From assembly GCA_963702205.1 (NCBI GenBank), contig OY969724.1, positions 517,602-581,601 on the forward strand: 64,000 nucleotides of DNA, read 5' to 3'. Under the pieces are notes generated by a model. It had not been told where the DNA came from. It saw only the letters and a list, made by a program, of their open reading frames with translations, and did not search any database. A program made the position numbers and the translations under genes. Positions 56,435 through 64,000 of this stretch are shown one piece after another. Position 1 is the first letter of the stretch; every line of letters begins with the position of its first letter. Source of the stretch: an uncultured candidate division Zixibacteria bacterium. GTDB taxonomy: Bacteria > Zixibacteria > MSB-5A5 > GN15 > PGXB01.

Positions 56435-57806
56435 CGTTCAGTCCTCCGTAGATTTTATCCGAGCCGACGGCGAAATAGTGATCCGTCTGTGCAAGGTAGT
56501 AATTTATTTTCGATGCTTCATAAGCCTGCTCGGCGACGCGCAAGTCTTCTTCTTTTTCTAAAAGCCGGTTGACCGACATCTTGCCCGCCTTCTGTTGCTT
56601 TTGCGCAAGAGTATACTGACGTTTGGCGATGTCATATTCTTTTGCGGAGATATTGTATGCGGACTGAGCATACTGAAGTCTCTCGCGGGCGGTTTTGGCC
56701 ATGAGGGTGAAGGCGTCCTCGGTTTCGTTTAACGTCATTTCTATCGAATGCACGGTCTGGTCAGCGGCGGACTTATTGTGCAGTTTTTTGCCGCCGAGGT
56801 TGAACGACCAGTTCAGCGCCAGTCCGACCGAAAAATAATCGTTCCAGGTTTTGTTAAACAGGTCCTTGTTGGGCTTACCGACCGAATAGCCGCCGTAGGC
56901 GCTGAGGTTGGGGTAATAATCGGCGGTCGCCAGGCGCGAGACGTTTTGGGCGGCGGCCATATTGGCACGAAGAGCCGTAAGCTCGGGGCGATTGATTTTT
57001 TCTTCCGTCGTTGTTGATGAAACTGCCGGTTTTGGATCGTGCAGTGTTTCCGACAGGACAATGTTGTCCGATTCGGAATTGCCGAGCAGCTTGTTTAAAG
57101 CCGCGGCGGCGTTGGTGCGGGCGGTGGTTTGGTAGTCTGACTGAAGGAGTATCTTCTGGTAGGCCAGTTCGGTTTCCAGAATATCGGTCGAGTCGGCCAA
57201 ACCGTTGGCGAACAGGTTTTGTATGTCGGTCTTGATTATGTCGAGTCGCTTTCGTGAAGCCTGCATCGATTTCAAAGATACATCGGCCAGCATGAGGCCC
57301 AGATAAGCGCGGCGGGTCTGGTATCCGGTTTCGAGCCGACGGGTCTCGACGGTGGCGCGGGCGGCGTCGGTGATTGCATGGTAGCGATCGATGTTTCCGG
57401 TTATTTTGCCGCCGGTAAACAGCGGGACAGACAGTTTGAAGTCGGCCTGATAGGTTTCTTTGGAGCCGAGTTCAATGGATGGCCCGCCGGGGACGGGGAC
57501 ATTGAACGATTGTAACTTGTTGACCGCGAATGAAACGGCGTCGAGCGACAGGGTCGGAAAACGGTCGGCCTGCGCGGATTGCAATTGCCGGCGGGCACCG
57601 GTGGAATCGTGGGCGGCGGATTTAACCGTGTACGAATGCTCGAGAGCCTGCGCGATGGCCTGGTCGAGCGAGAGTGTCACATCCTCCGCGTGGAGAGGCG
57701 CCGAGACCAATAGTACAATCAGTAATATAATGTACTTACTTAATGAGACCGTGCAAAAAGAGATCGACCACGGCCTGCGGTCTTTCGGATCGGAATTTTT
57801 CTTCAT
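56424..57806 (-). CDS. TolC-family outer-membrane efflux protein
   Basis: 460 aa with two repeated halves of TolC-like helices (LSLDQAIAQALEHSYTVKSA...). The only ATG overlaps the tetR 3' end by 71 nt, so the exact start is uncertain. Confidence 0.8.
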   Translation of the reverse strand: MKKNSDPKDRRPWSISFCTVSLSKYIILLIVLLVSAPLHAEDVTLSLDQAIAQALEHSYTVKSAAHDSTGARRQLQSAQADRFPTLSLDAVSFAVNKLQSFNVPVPGGPSIELGSKETYQADFKLSVPLFTGGKITGNIDRYHAITDAARATVETRRLETGYQTRRAYLGLMLADVSLKSMQASRKRLDIIKTDIQNLFANGLADSTDILETELAYQKILLQSDYQTTARTNAAAALNKLLGNSESDNIVLSETLHDPKPAVSSTTTEEKINRPELTALRANMAAAQNVSRLATADYYPNLSAYGGYSVGKPNKDLFNKTWNDYFSVGLALNWSFNLGGKKLHNKSAADQTVHSIEMTLNETEDAFTLMAKTARERLQYAQSAYNISAKEYDIAKRQYTLAQKQQKAGKMSVNRLLEKEEDLRVAEQAYEASKINYYLAQTDHYFAVGSDKIYGGLNDEL

Positions 57807-58368
57807 TATCTATCTCCCATACCCGGTTGACTACCGGAGCCATTAGCTGGTAAAAAATGTTCATACCCAGAAACGAAACGATGGTGTGTTCAATGTCTAT
57901 ATCGCGGAACTGCCCGGAAGCCTGGCCGAAGGCAAGCAGACTTTTGAAGCGCGCGGTGACGCCCGACTGGCTCACCAGACGGATCAGGGTATCTTTGAGA
58001 CGGTCCCCGCCCGCGGCGACTTCGCGCAGCAAAATCGGCCCGAACGAGCGGCGTTCGGCGAACAGGGCGTTCATATAGGTGGCGATTTTCTCGATAACGG
58101 CGGCCGGATCGGCGGCGTCGAACTCCTGAGTCGCGGCAAAGGCGGCGATCTGGCCGAAATGGTCGTCGATGACCGCCTGATAGAGCTTCTCTTTGGAGCC
58201 GAAATGGTAGTAAATCATGGCCTTGTTGATGCCGGAACGCTCGGCGATGCGGTCCACACGGGCCCCGGCGAGGCCGAATTCGGCGAATTCGTCGCGGGCG
58301 GCGTCGAGAATGACCTGGGCCGATCCTTTGGGCTTTGGTTCCGGAGTATTTTGGTTTTGTTCGCTCAT
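57736..58368 (-). CDS. TetR/AcrR-family transcriptional regulator
   Basis: 210 aa with the N-terminal HTH ILDAARDEFAEFGLAGARVDRIAERSGINKAMIYYHFGSKEKLY. Confidence 0.9.
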   Translation of the reverse strand: MSEQNQNTPEPKPKGSAQVILDAARDEFAEFGLAGARVDRIAERSGINKAMIYYHFGSKEKLYQAVIDDHFGQIAAFAATQEFDAADPAAVIEKIATYMNALFAERRSFGPILLREVAAGGDRLKDTLIRLVSQSGVTARFKSLLAFGQASGQFRDIDIEHTIVSFLGMNIFYQLMAPVVNRVWEIDNEEKFRSERPQAVVDLFLHGLIK

Positions 58369-58376
58369 AATAAAAT

Positions 58377-58392
58377 AACTAACCGTTTAGTT
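58377..58392. promoter_or_regulatory. near-perfect 16-bp palindrome, candidate TetR operator
   Basis: AACTAACCGTTTAGTT has one mismatch from perfect dyad symmetry and begins 9 nt upstream of the tetR ATG. Confidence 0.4.
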
Positions 58393-58560
58393 TAACTATA
58401 TGGTTAATTATACGCTATGTCAAGAAGTTTGTGCCAAATATTTTTCAATATGTGGATAAAATGTTGGCGATGCTTGAGTTTTGTGTTTGTAACTTGTTAA
58501 TTACAGGTCTGTTATGGTGAATTTGACAATGTGTAAAAGCTTGTGCGATGGTGGAAAAGA

Positions 58561-60513
58561 CTATTTTTTAATCGGGATGGTGAGGCCGGGGGGAAGGGTG
58601 GTTGCGGAATCGCCAAAAGCTTGGTCTAGTTGATCTTGAGTCAATCCACGAGAATATTCCATATTTGCCCCACCTAAATCGGCATTTTTCAAATCAGCTA
58701 AAAAAAGATCAGCTCCGGTAAAATTCGCACTAAACATGTTAGCGTCCGTCAATGATGCAAAAATAAGATTCGCGCCTTCAAAGTCGACCATATGAAAATT
58801 TGCTCTGGATAAATTTGCCCCTATAAGGACAGCACCAGCCAGATTCGCCCACCGAAAGTCTGCATTAACCAAGAATGCTCTAAGAAGATCAGCATTTCTT
58901 AAGTCGGCTCTTGCAAGATAGGCTCCCTTTACGGCAATGTCTCGTTCGGTTGAGTCGATTAGCCAATAATTGTCCGGTTTAATAGATACATCTTGTTCGC
59001 GGAAGTTGGCGGAAATGTCATAGCCGATTTTGTTTTGTATATAGACAGCCCAGTTGTGATCCTCTATGCCACCATCGGAAGAAATAATAAGGAAAAATGC
59101 GATAAGAGCAAAAGCGATCCATTTGAAGTATCCGAGTGCCTGAATCTTGTCAAACATGGCTCCAGCTAGAGTCTTTGCGTGAACGCGGTAGAATATTATT
59201 CCTGCGAAAATGGTTATTAACAATACAATGATTTGGATGATGGTGCCTGTCCAATCGTGGCGGGTTAGATAGCGCACCCAGAACCAGCCGAGTGTAATTG
59301 GCACTACCCACCAAGCAAGAAATATGGAGACCCACTCTTCGAGGCGGGCCGTGAAGGCGCGGGTACCTTTAATTCTTTGCCAAAGCCATTGCCAGCTCTT
59401 TCTTGCGTGCCATTTTAAACCGTCTTCATTTTCTTGTCTTTCGATTTTCTTATATTTCCCTTTAAGCCGGATGAAATGCCTTCGCACCATACCATTTAAC
59501 ATCCAAGGGTAAGCACGTTCATCAAGAGGTTTGCCATCTTCGAATATGGCCGGAAGTCCGGCGAGCGCTTGCCAAAGACGCCGCAAATATAAATGCAAAT
59601 AAATATAAAGAACGGCTAGCAAGAATGGTGCAGCCAAGTAAAATGCACCGATAGGCACGCCCGTTTGAATTATCGGCAGATTCGATGACGATGAATTGGT
59701 TAAAAGAGCCACATCGGTTGTGGAGCCGATGGTCAACCAGCAATATACGCAGCCTAATAACACTGCGAGAAAAATCTTACGGGCATCGCGGGATGCTTCT
59801 TCAACAACATTAAGGGCTTTAAATTCTGAAACTGTATCGTTGAGTCTCGTATTTGTTATATCGGCCTGAGCCAGCTTGGTGCTGTCTAATCTCCTGACGT
59901 CTTTAAGATTACATCCTTTAAAATTGCAGCAAATCATTTTGGCATAGCCAAAATCTGCTCGATAAAGATCAGCACCTTCGAAATCGCAATTTATTAATGT
60001 TGCATCAAAAAATTCGGCATATTTAAGGTCGGCCTTAAATAGGTTGGTGCCCCTAAGCTTTGCAAAATGAATGTGGGTATATTGAAGATTGGCTTCATCA
60101 AATAAAACACCTTGAAGATTGGTTTCCGATAAATCAGCATCTTGAAGGTTTGCTGCAACCAATATGGAATTTTTAAGATTGGCGGCAGTTAAATCCGCGT
60201 CATGCAAATTCGCATGGAGCATACTTGCGCCCTCAAGATTAGCTTCAAAGAGCTTGGCATCTTGAAGGTTGGTATTGAATAAAAGGGCATTCTGGAGATT
60301 TGCCTTGGATAAATTGATTTTTGATAAATCCACGGGTTTGCCGCCAATGTGCCCCAAATCTATCCGTTTTTTTTGTTCCGCAAGGACCTTTGCCAGCTCA
60401 TCGTCAGATATGTGGCGGTATCGGGATTTTTCCGGTTCGGATTCAGCCGGATTTTGGTTCGTCAAGTTCTGGCTGTCCGACTTTTCGGGCGTGTGCGACA
60501 TTAGTCCCCTCAA
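58561..60513 (-). CDS. pentapeptide-repeat protein with a central multi-TM region
   Basis: 650 aa with about 35 N-terminal A(D/N)LxX pentapeptides (ANLQNALLFNTNLQDAKLFEANLEGASMLHANLHDADL...). At least 5 hydrophobic helices sit in the middle, followed by a second pentapeptide block (ADLRNADLLRAFLVNADFRWANLAGAVLIGANLSRANF...). Confidence 0.8.
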   Translation of the reverse strand: MRGLMSHTPEKSDSQNLTNQNPAESEPEKSRYRHISDDELAKVLAEQKKRIDLGHIGGKPVDLSKINLSKANLQNALLFNTNLQDAKLFEANLEGASMLHANLHDADLTAANLKNSILVAANLQDADLSETNLQGVLFDEANLQYTHIHFAKLRGTNLFKADLKYAEFFDATLINCDFEGADLYRADFGYAKMICCNFKGCNLKDVRRLDSTKLAQADITNTRLNDTVSEFKALNVVEEASRDARKIFLAVLLGCVYCWLTIGSTTDVALLTNSSSSNLPIIQTGVPIGAFYLAAPFLLAVLYIYLHLYLRRLWQALAGLPAIFEDGKPLDERAYPWMLNGMVRRHFIRLKGKYKKIERQENEDGLKWHARKSWQWLWQRIKGTRAFTARLEEWVSIFLAWWVVPITLGWFWVRYLTRHDWTGTIIQIIVLLITIFAGIIFYRVHAKTLAGAMFDKIQALGYFKWIAFALIAFFLIISSDGGIEDHNWAVYIQNKIGYDISANFREQDVSIKPDNYWLIDSTERDIAVKGAYLARADLRNADLLRAFLVNADFRWANLAGAVLIGANLSRANFHMVDFEGANLIFASLTDANMFSANFTGADLFLADLKNADLGGANMEYSRGLTQDQLDQAFGDSATTLPPGLTIPIKK

Positions 60514-60620
60514 GATTTGGTTGAGTCCAAATAATGATCTAAATTAAATAAAAGCCATCAGGAGCAAATAATCAATCGAAATTTTGCGAATTGGTCAAAG
60601 CGGACCAATAACAGATCTGG

Positions 60621-61247
60621 TCAGTCGATGGTGCGGCGGAAGATGAGGCGGAAGTTGTAGCTGCCAGTGTTGCCGAACGAGCCGGTCTCCGGATGCGGGT
60701 CATAATAATAGTCCAGCAGAAAAGACCCGCCGACAAACCATTTCTCCCCCAAAGATTTCAGGATATCGGCGCCGACCAGCAGAAGTGGCGCCCAGTCGGT
60801 TTGTCTTTCGTGCAGCATTGAAATGAAACTGCCGTCAGTATCGTACAGCAGGATGTTGCTGGCGGTTATGGTCCTCACGGAGTAACCCGCGCCGCCGCAG
60901 ATATCCGTTAGCCAGGAATTGTTCTTTACGACGGCCATGCGGATCGACGCCGAAGTATAGACGCATTTGTAGGCCATTTTCATGTTCACGGAGCTCATAT
61001 TTCTGAAGCCGCCGTCGAGTTCCCAATACCATCTGCCTTTCATATGCTTCACGTGCCCCAGCTCGATATTGAAATGGCCGGTGTATATGTCCCGGAAGTT
61101 TGCCCGGGCGCCTACGACATAGCCGAGTTTGAACGCTATTTGGTCGCGCTCGGTCGAATTGGACTGCCCAGCCAGGACGCCTCCGCCGGCGAAAATCAAC
61201 AGTGCTGCCAGCGTGGCGATCATTCTTGGTCGTAAGAAATGCATCAT
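60621..61247 (-). CDS. small predicted outer-membrane beta-barrel protein
   Basis: It has signal peptide MMHFLRPRMIATLAALLIFAGGGVLAG and alternating beta pattern. I prefer the ATG at 61247, 4 nt after the upstream stop. Confidence 0.55.
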   Translation of the reverse strand: MMHFLRPRMIATLAALLIFAGGGVLAGQSNSTERDQIAFKLGYVVGARANFRDIYTGHFNIELGHVKHMKGRWYWELDGGFRNMSSVNMKMAYKCVYTSASIRMAVVKNNSWLTDICGGAGYSVRTITASNILLYDTDGSFISMLHERQTDWAPLLLVGADILKSLGEKWFVGGSFLLDYYYDPHPETGSFGNTGSYNFRLIFRRTID

Positions 61248-61251
61248 AATC

Positions 61252-61656
61252 TTAGCCCAAATCAATATAAACGGGTGAGCGGACCAGATATTTATTACCA
61301 TTATTATTCGTTATTTCGATTTCTACAATATAGATACCTGTGTTGATAAGATCCCCGTTTTCGGTTTTCAAATTCCATTCAATTGTCACTCCTCCCACAC
61401 CTCGCCCGTCCAGCTTTTTCAATACGTATCCCGTCAAATTTTCAACTTTAATGGTGTAATCAATCTCTTCCGTTGCCGGTATATTGGCAGTCACAGAAAG
61501 TATCGGCGGGTCCAGGCTGCTTAGGTAACCTTTGACAGTAAGTGGAGTCGGTATTATTATAACGCCTTTGTCGGGTGATTGAACCGGGCTGACGGCATTG
61601 TTGGAACAGCCCGCGATGAGTGCCAGCACAAATAAAAGCGAGAGTATTTTCGACAT
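61252..61656 (-). CDS. lipoprotein with a FlgD-Ig/T9SS-CTD-like beta-sandwich
   Basis: 134 aa with the lipobox LIAGC. The C-terminal half, YTIKVENLTGYVLKKLDGRGVGGVTIEWNLKTENGDLINTGIYIVEIEI, resembles FlgD-Ig-like folds. Confidence 0.6.
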   Translation of the reverse strand: MSKILSLLFVLALIAGCSNNAVSPVQSPDKGVIIIPTPLTVKGYLSSLDPPILSVTANIPATEEIDYTIKVENLTGYVLKKLDGRGVGGVTIEWNLKTENGDLINTGIYIVEIEITNNNGNKYLVRSPVYIDLG

Positions 61657-61984
61657 CTTCGTCCCCTTACGACATTAACCAGATGCCGTAATATAGTGCT
61701 TTTTCGCGGAATTACAAGCGGATTGGCCAAATATTAAACCTGCCCGGTGGGGGCTCCCGAAACGGGATGGCCGGGCAGGCTCTTGGTTCCTTTGCAGGAA
61801 CCGTCAGAATACTCCAAGGTGTCGAATCATGGGGGATTTTCGGGCAATCTGTGCCCATTTATAGCATGCTGTCCTTGAGTAGCCCCGTTCTACATCCTGG
61901 CGGTCATTTATTAAAACAAAGAATTATGTCATATTGTTCACGAATTGGATGACGGTCTCTTTAGCTTCAATGACTTACAATGCG

Positions 61985-62070
61985 GTCAGGTCACACGCCC
62001 CGATAAATCGGGACGCAGGACCTGACCGAACAGGCTTTTTCAACAAGCCCCAAGTTTGAGGTGGCCACCC
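61985..62070. repeat. mosaic repeat: gtcaggtc..cccgataaatcggg..gacctgac unit plus a solo MITE arm
   Basis: The first unit is nearly identical to 11586..11630. The arm tttttcaacaagccccaagtttgaggtggccaccc matches the right arm at 63091..63124. Confidence 0.8.
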
Positions 62071-62369
62071 ATCCGGAGTTTCTGGTTTGGTATTAAGAGA
62101 CCGCAGGATCACAAATCCCGATGAAGCAGGATTCAAGATCCCGCGGAACTTGAAATGAAATTCGGATTCAGGTCCATGCGGATATTGAAAGAGTACGGCG
62201 GGATCAATACCTGACGGAATATAGCGGGCAGCGCTCCCGGATAAAACGTGATTGGCACCGGGGAAACAAAATGTGATGTTGACGGGCCAACGGATATTGC
62301 GGCGGTGCGTATGATCTGTGATTTCGTTGAACAACCAATATCCTATCGGATTTAATGAGGAGAAACCAG

Positions 62370-62852
62370 ATGTCTGATGTCAAACCTATTCCCGACGGTT
62401 ATGAAGGAGTGATTCCGTACATGGTGGTCGAGAACGCCTCGGACGCGATCGACTTTTATAAGAAAGCTTTCGGGGCCAAAGAAACGGCGCGCGTCCCGGC
62501 GCCGGACGGTGATAAGTTGATGCACGCGGAGATTAAGATCGGTAATTCCTTCATATTTCTGTGTGATGATTTCCCGGAGTGGAGCGGTAAATCGCGCACG
62601 CCACAGGCGTTCGGCGGCAGCCCGATCGATATCCATCTTTACGTTGCGGATATCGATAAAATCGTAAATCAGGCGCGCGAAGCCGGAGCTAAAGTTACGA
62701 TGGAACCGAAGGACATGTTCTGGGGTGATCGTCACGGTCGCGTGGTTGATCCGTATGGGCACGGCTGGTCGTTCTCGACGCACGTGCGCGATGTTCCGGC
62801 CGAAGAGATGAAAAAGGCGGCCGAGGAGATGTTCGCCAAAAAGCCGGCGTAA
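62370..62852 (+). CDS. VOC-family (glyoxalase/bleomycin-resistance, PhnB-like) protein
   Basis: MSDVKPIPDGYEGVIPYMVVENASDAIDFYKKAFGAKE...MHAEIKIGNSFIFLCDDFPEW...FWGDRHGRVVDPYGHGWSF shows the typical PhnB-like pattern. I prefer the ATG at 62370, after gaggag. Confidence 0.85.
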   Translation: MSDVKPIPDGYEGVIPYMVVENASDAIDFYKKAFGAKETARVPAPDGDKLMHAEIKIGNSFIFLCDDFPEWSGKSRTPQAFGGSPIDIHLYVADIDKIVNQAREAGAKVTMEPKDMFWGDRHGRVVDPYGHGWSFSTHVRDVPAEEMKKAAEEMFAKKPA

Positions 62853-62939
62853 GTTTCATAAGTTGAATTGAAGGACCGTCGGGTGTCAATCCCGACTTCG
62901 TCAGAATCATCGCCTGACGGAACATTTGAAATCGTCTCC

Positions 62940-63119
62940 TCACCCCAAACTTGGGGCCTGTTGAAAAACGAGTAGGTCGGCTTCCGAATCCTGACGAAGT
63001 CAGGAGAGAAAGCCGACATCTTGTTGTCGGGTTTCTCGTTACGCTTCGCTCTACTCGGAACCCGACCTACTTCTTGCACCATCCGTGCACTTTTTCAACA
63101 AGCCCCAAGTTTGGGGTGG
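62940..63119. mobile_element. MITE-like 180-bp composite palindrome (29-bp terminal inverted repeats enclosing an inverted REP doublet)
   Basis: The left arm is tcaccccaaacttggggcctgttgaaaaa. The reverse complement of the right arm is ccaccccaaacttggggcttgttgaaaaa, with 2 mismatches. Inside are GTAG-headed REPs at 62972..63017 (+) and 63026..63070 (-). No ORF is present. Confidence 0.65.
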
Positions 63120-63263
63120 CCTCCCTCCCGGAGCTTTTAAGTTACACTTCTTTCCATATCAAGACATGTTACAAAAAGTAAAATCTGCCCCGCTTTGTTC
63201 GGAAACTCTCTCCTGATCCTGATGTTATCTAAGTAAGACATCATATTCAACAGGTGGGAATAT

Positions 63264-63707
63264 ATGAAAAATTTCTTATCCAGAATTGGCAAGACGACCG
63301 ACGATAAATATGCATCGTTCGGTCTGTTGATATTGAGAGTGGGATTCGGGACGGCAATGGCTTTCAATCACGGTCTGTCCAAACTATCCAACTATTCGGC
63401 ATACGCGGCGCAATTTGCCGATCCCTATGGTCTCGGGCCGGGCTTGTCTTTGTCGCTTTCGATTTTCGCCGAATTTTTCTGTTCGATACTTCTTATTTTC
63501 GGGGCTTTCACCCGGCTGGCGTTGATTCCTCTTCTTATTAATATGCTGACGGCGCTGTTGATAGTCCACGCCGACGATCCGTTCGGTAAAAAAGAACTGG
63601 CCCTGATGTATTTGATTCCGTACCTGACGTTGTTTTTCGCCGGGGCCGGGAAATATTCGGTCGACGGAACCATCAACAAGTCCAATAGAAAGCAAATAGT
63701 GCTCTAG
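63264..63707 (+). CDS. DoxX-family membrane protein
   Basis: 147 aa with 4 TM segments and the DoxX-like N-terminus FGLLILRVGFGTAMAFNHGLSKL. Confidence 0.85.
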   Translation: MKNFLSRIGKTTDDKYASFGLLILRVGFGTAMAFNHGLSKLSNYSAYAAQFADPYGLGPGLSLSLSIFAEFFCSILLIFGAFTRLALIPLLINMLTALLIVHADDPFGKKELALMYLIPYLTLFFAGAGKYSVDGTINKSNRKQIVL

Positions 63708-63827
63708 TCTTCCCCGCTCCGAGTGACGTTTTACAAAATTCAATTTATGAAATTCGAGACGTGATGAAACGCCCATCCGAGTTGTTTTCGGGCCGAATTG
63801 TCGCCCGGCTTAGAATGAGCATAGAGC

Positions 63828-63856
63828 TTGACATCGGGGCCAACATAGTGTATCAT
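63828..63856 (+). promoter_or_regulatory. sigma-70-like promoter candidate for the terminal TetR gene
   Basis: TTGACA (63828..63833), a 17-nt spacer and TATCAT (63851..63856). Confidence 0.4.
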
Positions 63857-63861
63857 TATGA

Positions 63862-63883
63862 CCGTCAGTCAGTTTATTGACGG
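63862..63883. promoter_or_regulatory. inverted repeat CCGTCA-N10-TGACGG, candidate operator
   Basis: It lies immediately downstream of the putative -10 and 25 nt upstream of the ATG at 63908. Confidence 0.3.
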
Positions 63884-63907
63884 GATATAGCAAAGAGGTT
63901 GGGCAAA

Positions 63908-64000
63908 ATGGGTATAGCCGAACGAAAAGAGCGGGAGAAATTAAAAAGGCGCAATGAAATTCTCGACGCCGCCGAACGAGTGATTTTCAGCAAAGGTCTG
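63908..64000 (+). CDS. TetR-family regulator, N-terminal fragment (runs off the window end)
   Basis: My translation is MGIAERKEREKLKRRNEILDAAERVIFSKGL, the typical lead-in to a TetR HTH. An SD (agagg) precedes the ATG. Confidence 0.65.
   Translation, partial: MGIAERKEREKLKRRNEILDAAERVIFSKGL

Noticed and set aside
58451-58459. Perfect DnaA box TGTGGATAA upstream of the TetR/efflux operon
   Set aside because: A single 9-mer match in 128 kb of two-strand sequence is about what chance predicts. It is isolated, with no clustering and no AT-rich unwinding element.

Overview
This 64 kb window looks bacterial. Three large secreted proteins end in type IX secretion (T9SS) C-terminal sorting domains, which suggests an uncultivated FCB-superphylum-like lineage; this is inference only. 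The backbone is mostly housekeeping and metabolism. It includes a sigma-54/TPR activator, a tRNA-Lys pair, an FKBP isomerase, pepF and gdhA. It also carries an iorA-iorB-buk-ptb-ptb acyl-CoA fermentation operon, a sigma-54 two-component system, ileS-dksA-like-lspA, an Mrp/ApbC ATPase and dnaA-dnaN-recF with DnaA boxes (candidate oriC). A TetR-TolC-HlyD-ABC(x2)-ABC2 permease(x2) efflux operon is present too. Several small, visibly AT-richer accessory islets and many mosaic palindromic intergenic repeats are interleaved with this backbone. The repeats are REP/BIME/MITE-like, and many carry GTAG heads. I do not recognise a complete new multi-gene system. The best leads are as follows. (1) A Panacea (DUF4065/SocA-like) antitoxin is translationally coupled to a 128-aa partner I cannot assign to a toxin family; the accessory segment holding it is bracketed by direct composite repeats. 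(2) Two AT-rich islets encode distantly related membrane-anchored proteins, and one islet has an 84-bp promoter-like module repeated before each cassette. (3) Two tandem 81-bp units downstream of tRNA-Lys(CUU) carry tRNA 3'-half pseudo-copies with a 24-nt T-loop insertion, and they sit next to a GYD gene with an in-frame TAG. (4) An 800-bp ORF-free region contains two perfect TGTGA-N6-TCACA palindromes. (5) A receiver-like/PEP-pyruvate-binding gene is split by a +1 frameshift. All family assignments come from motif reading by eye; no searches were run.
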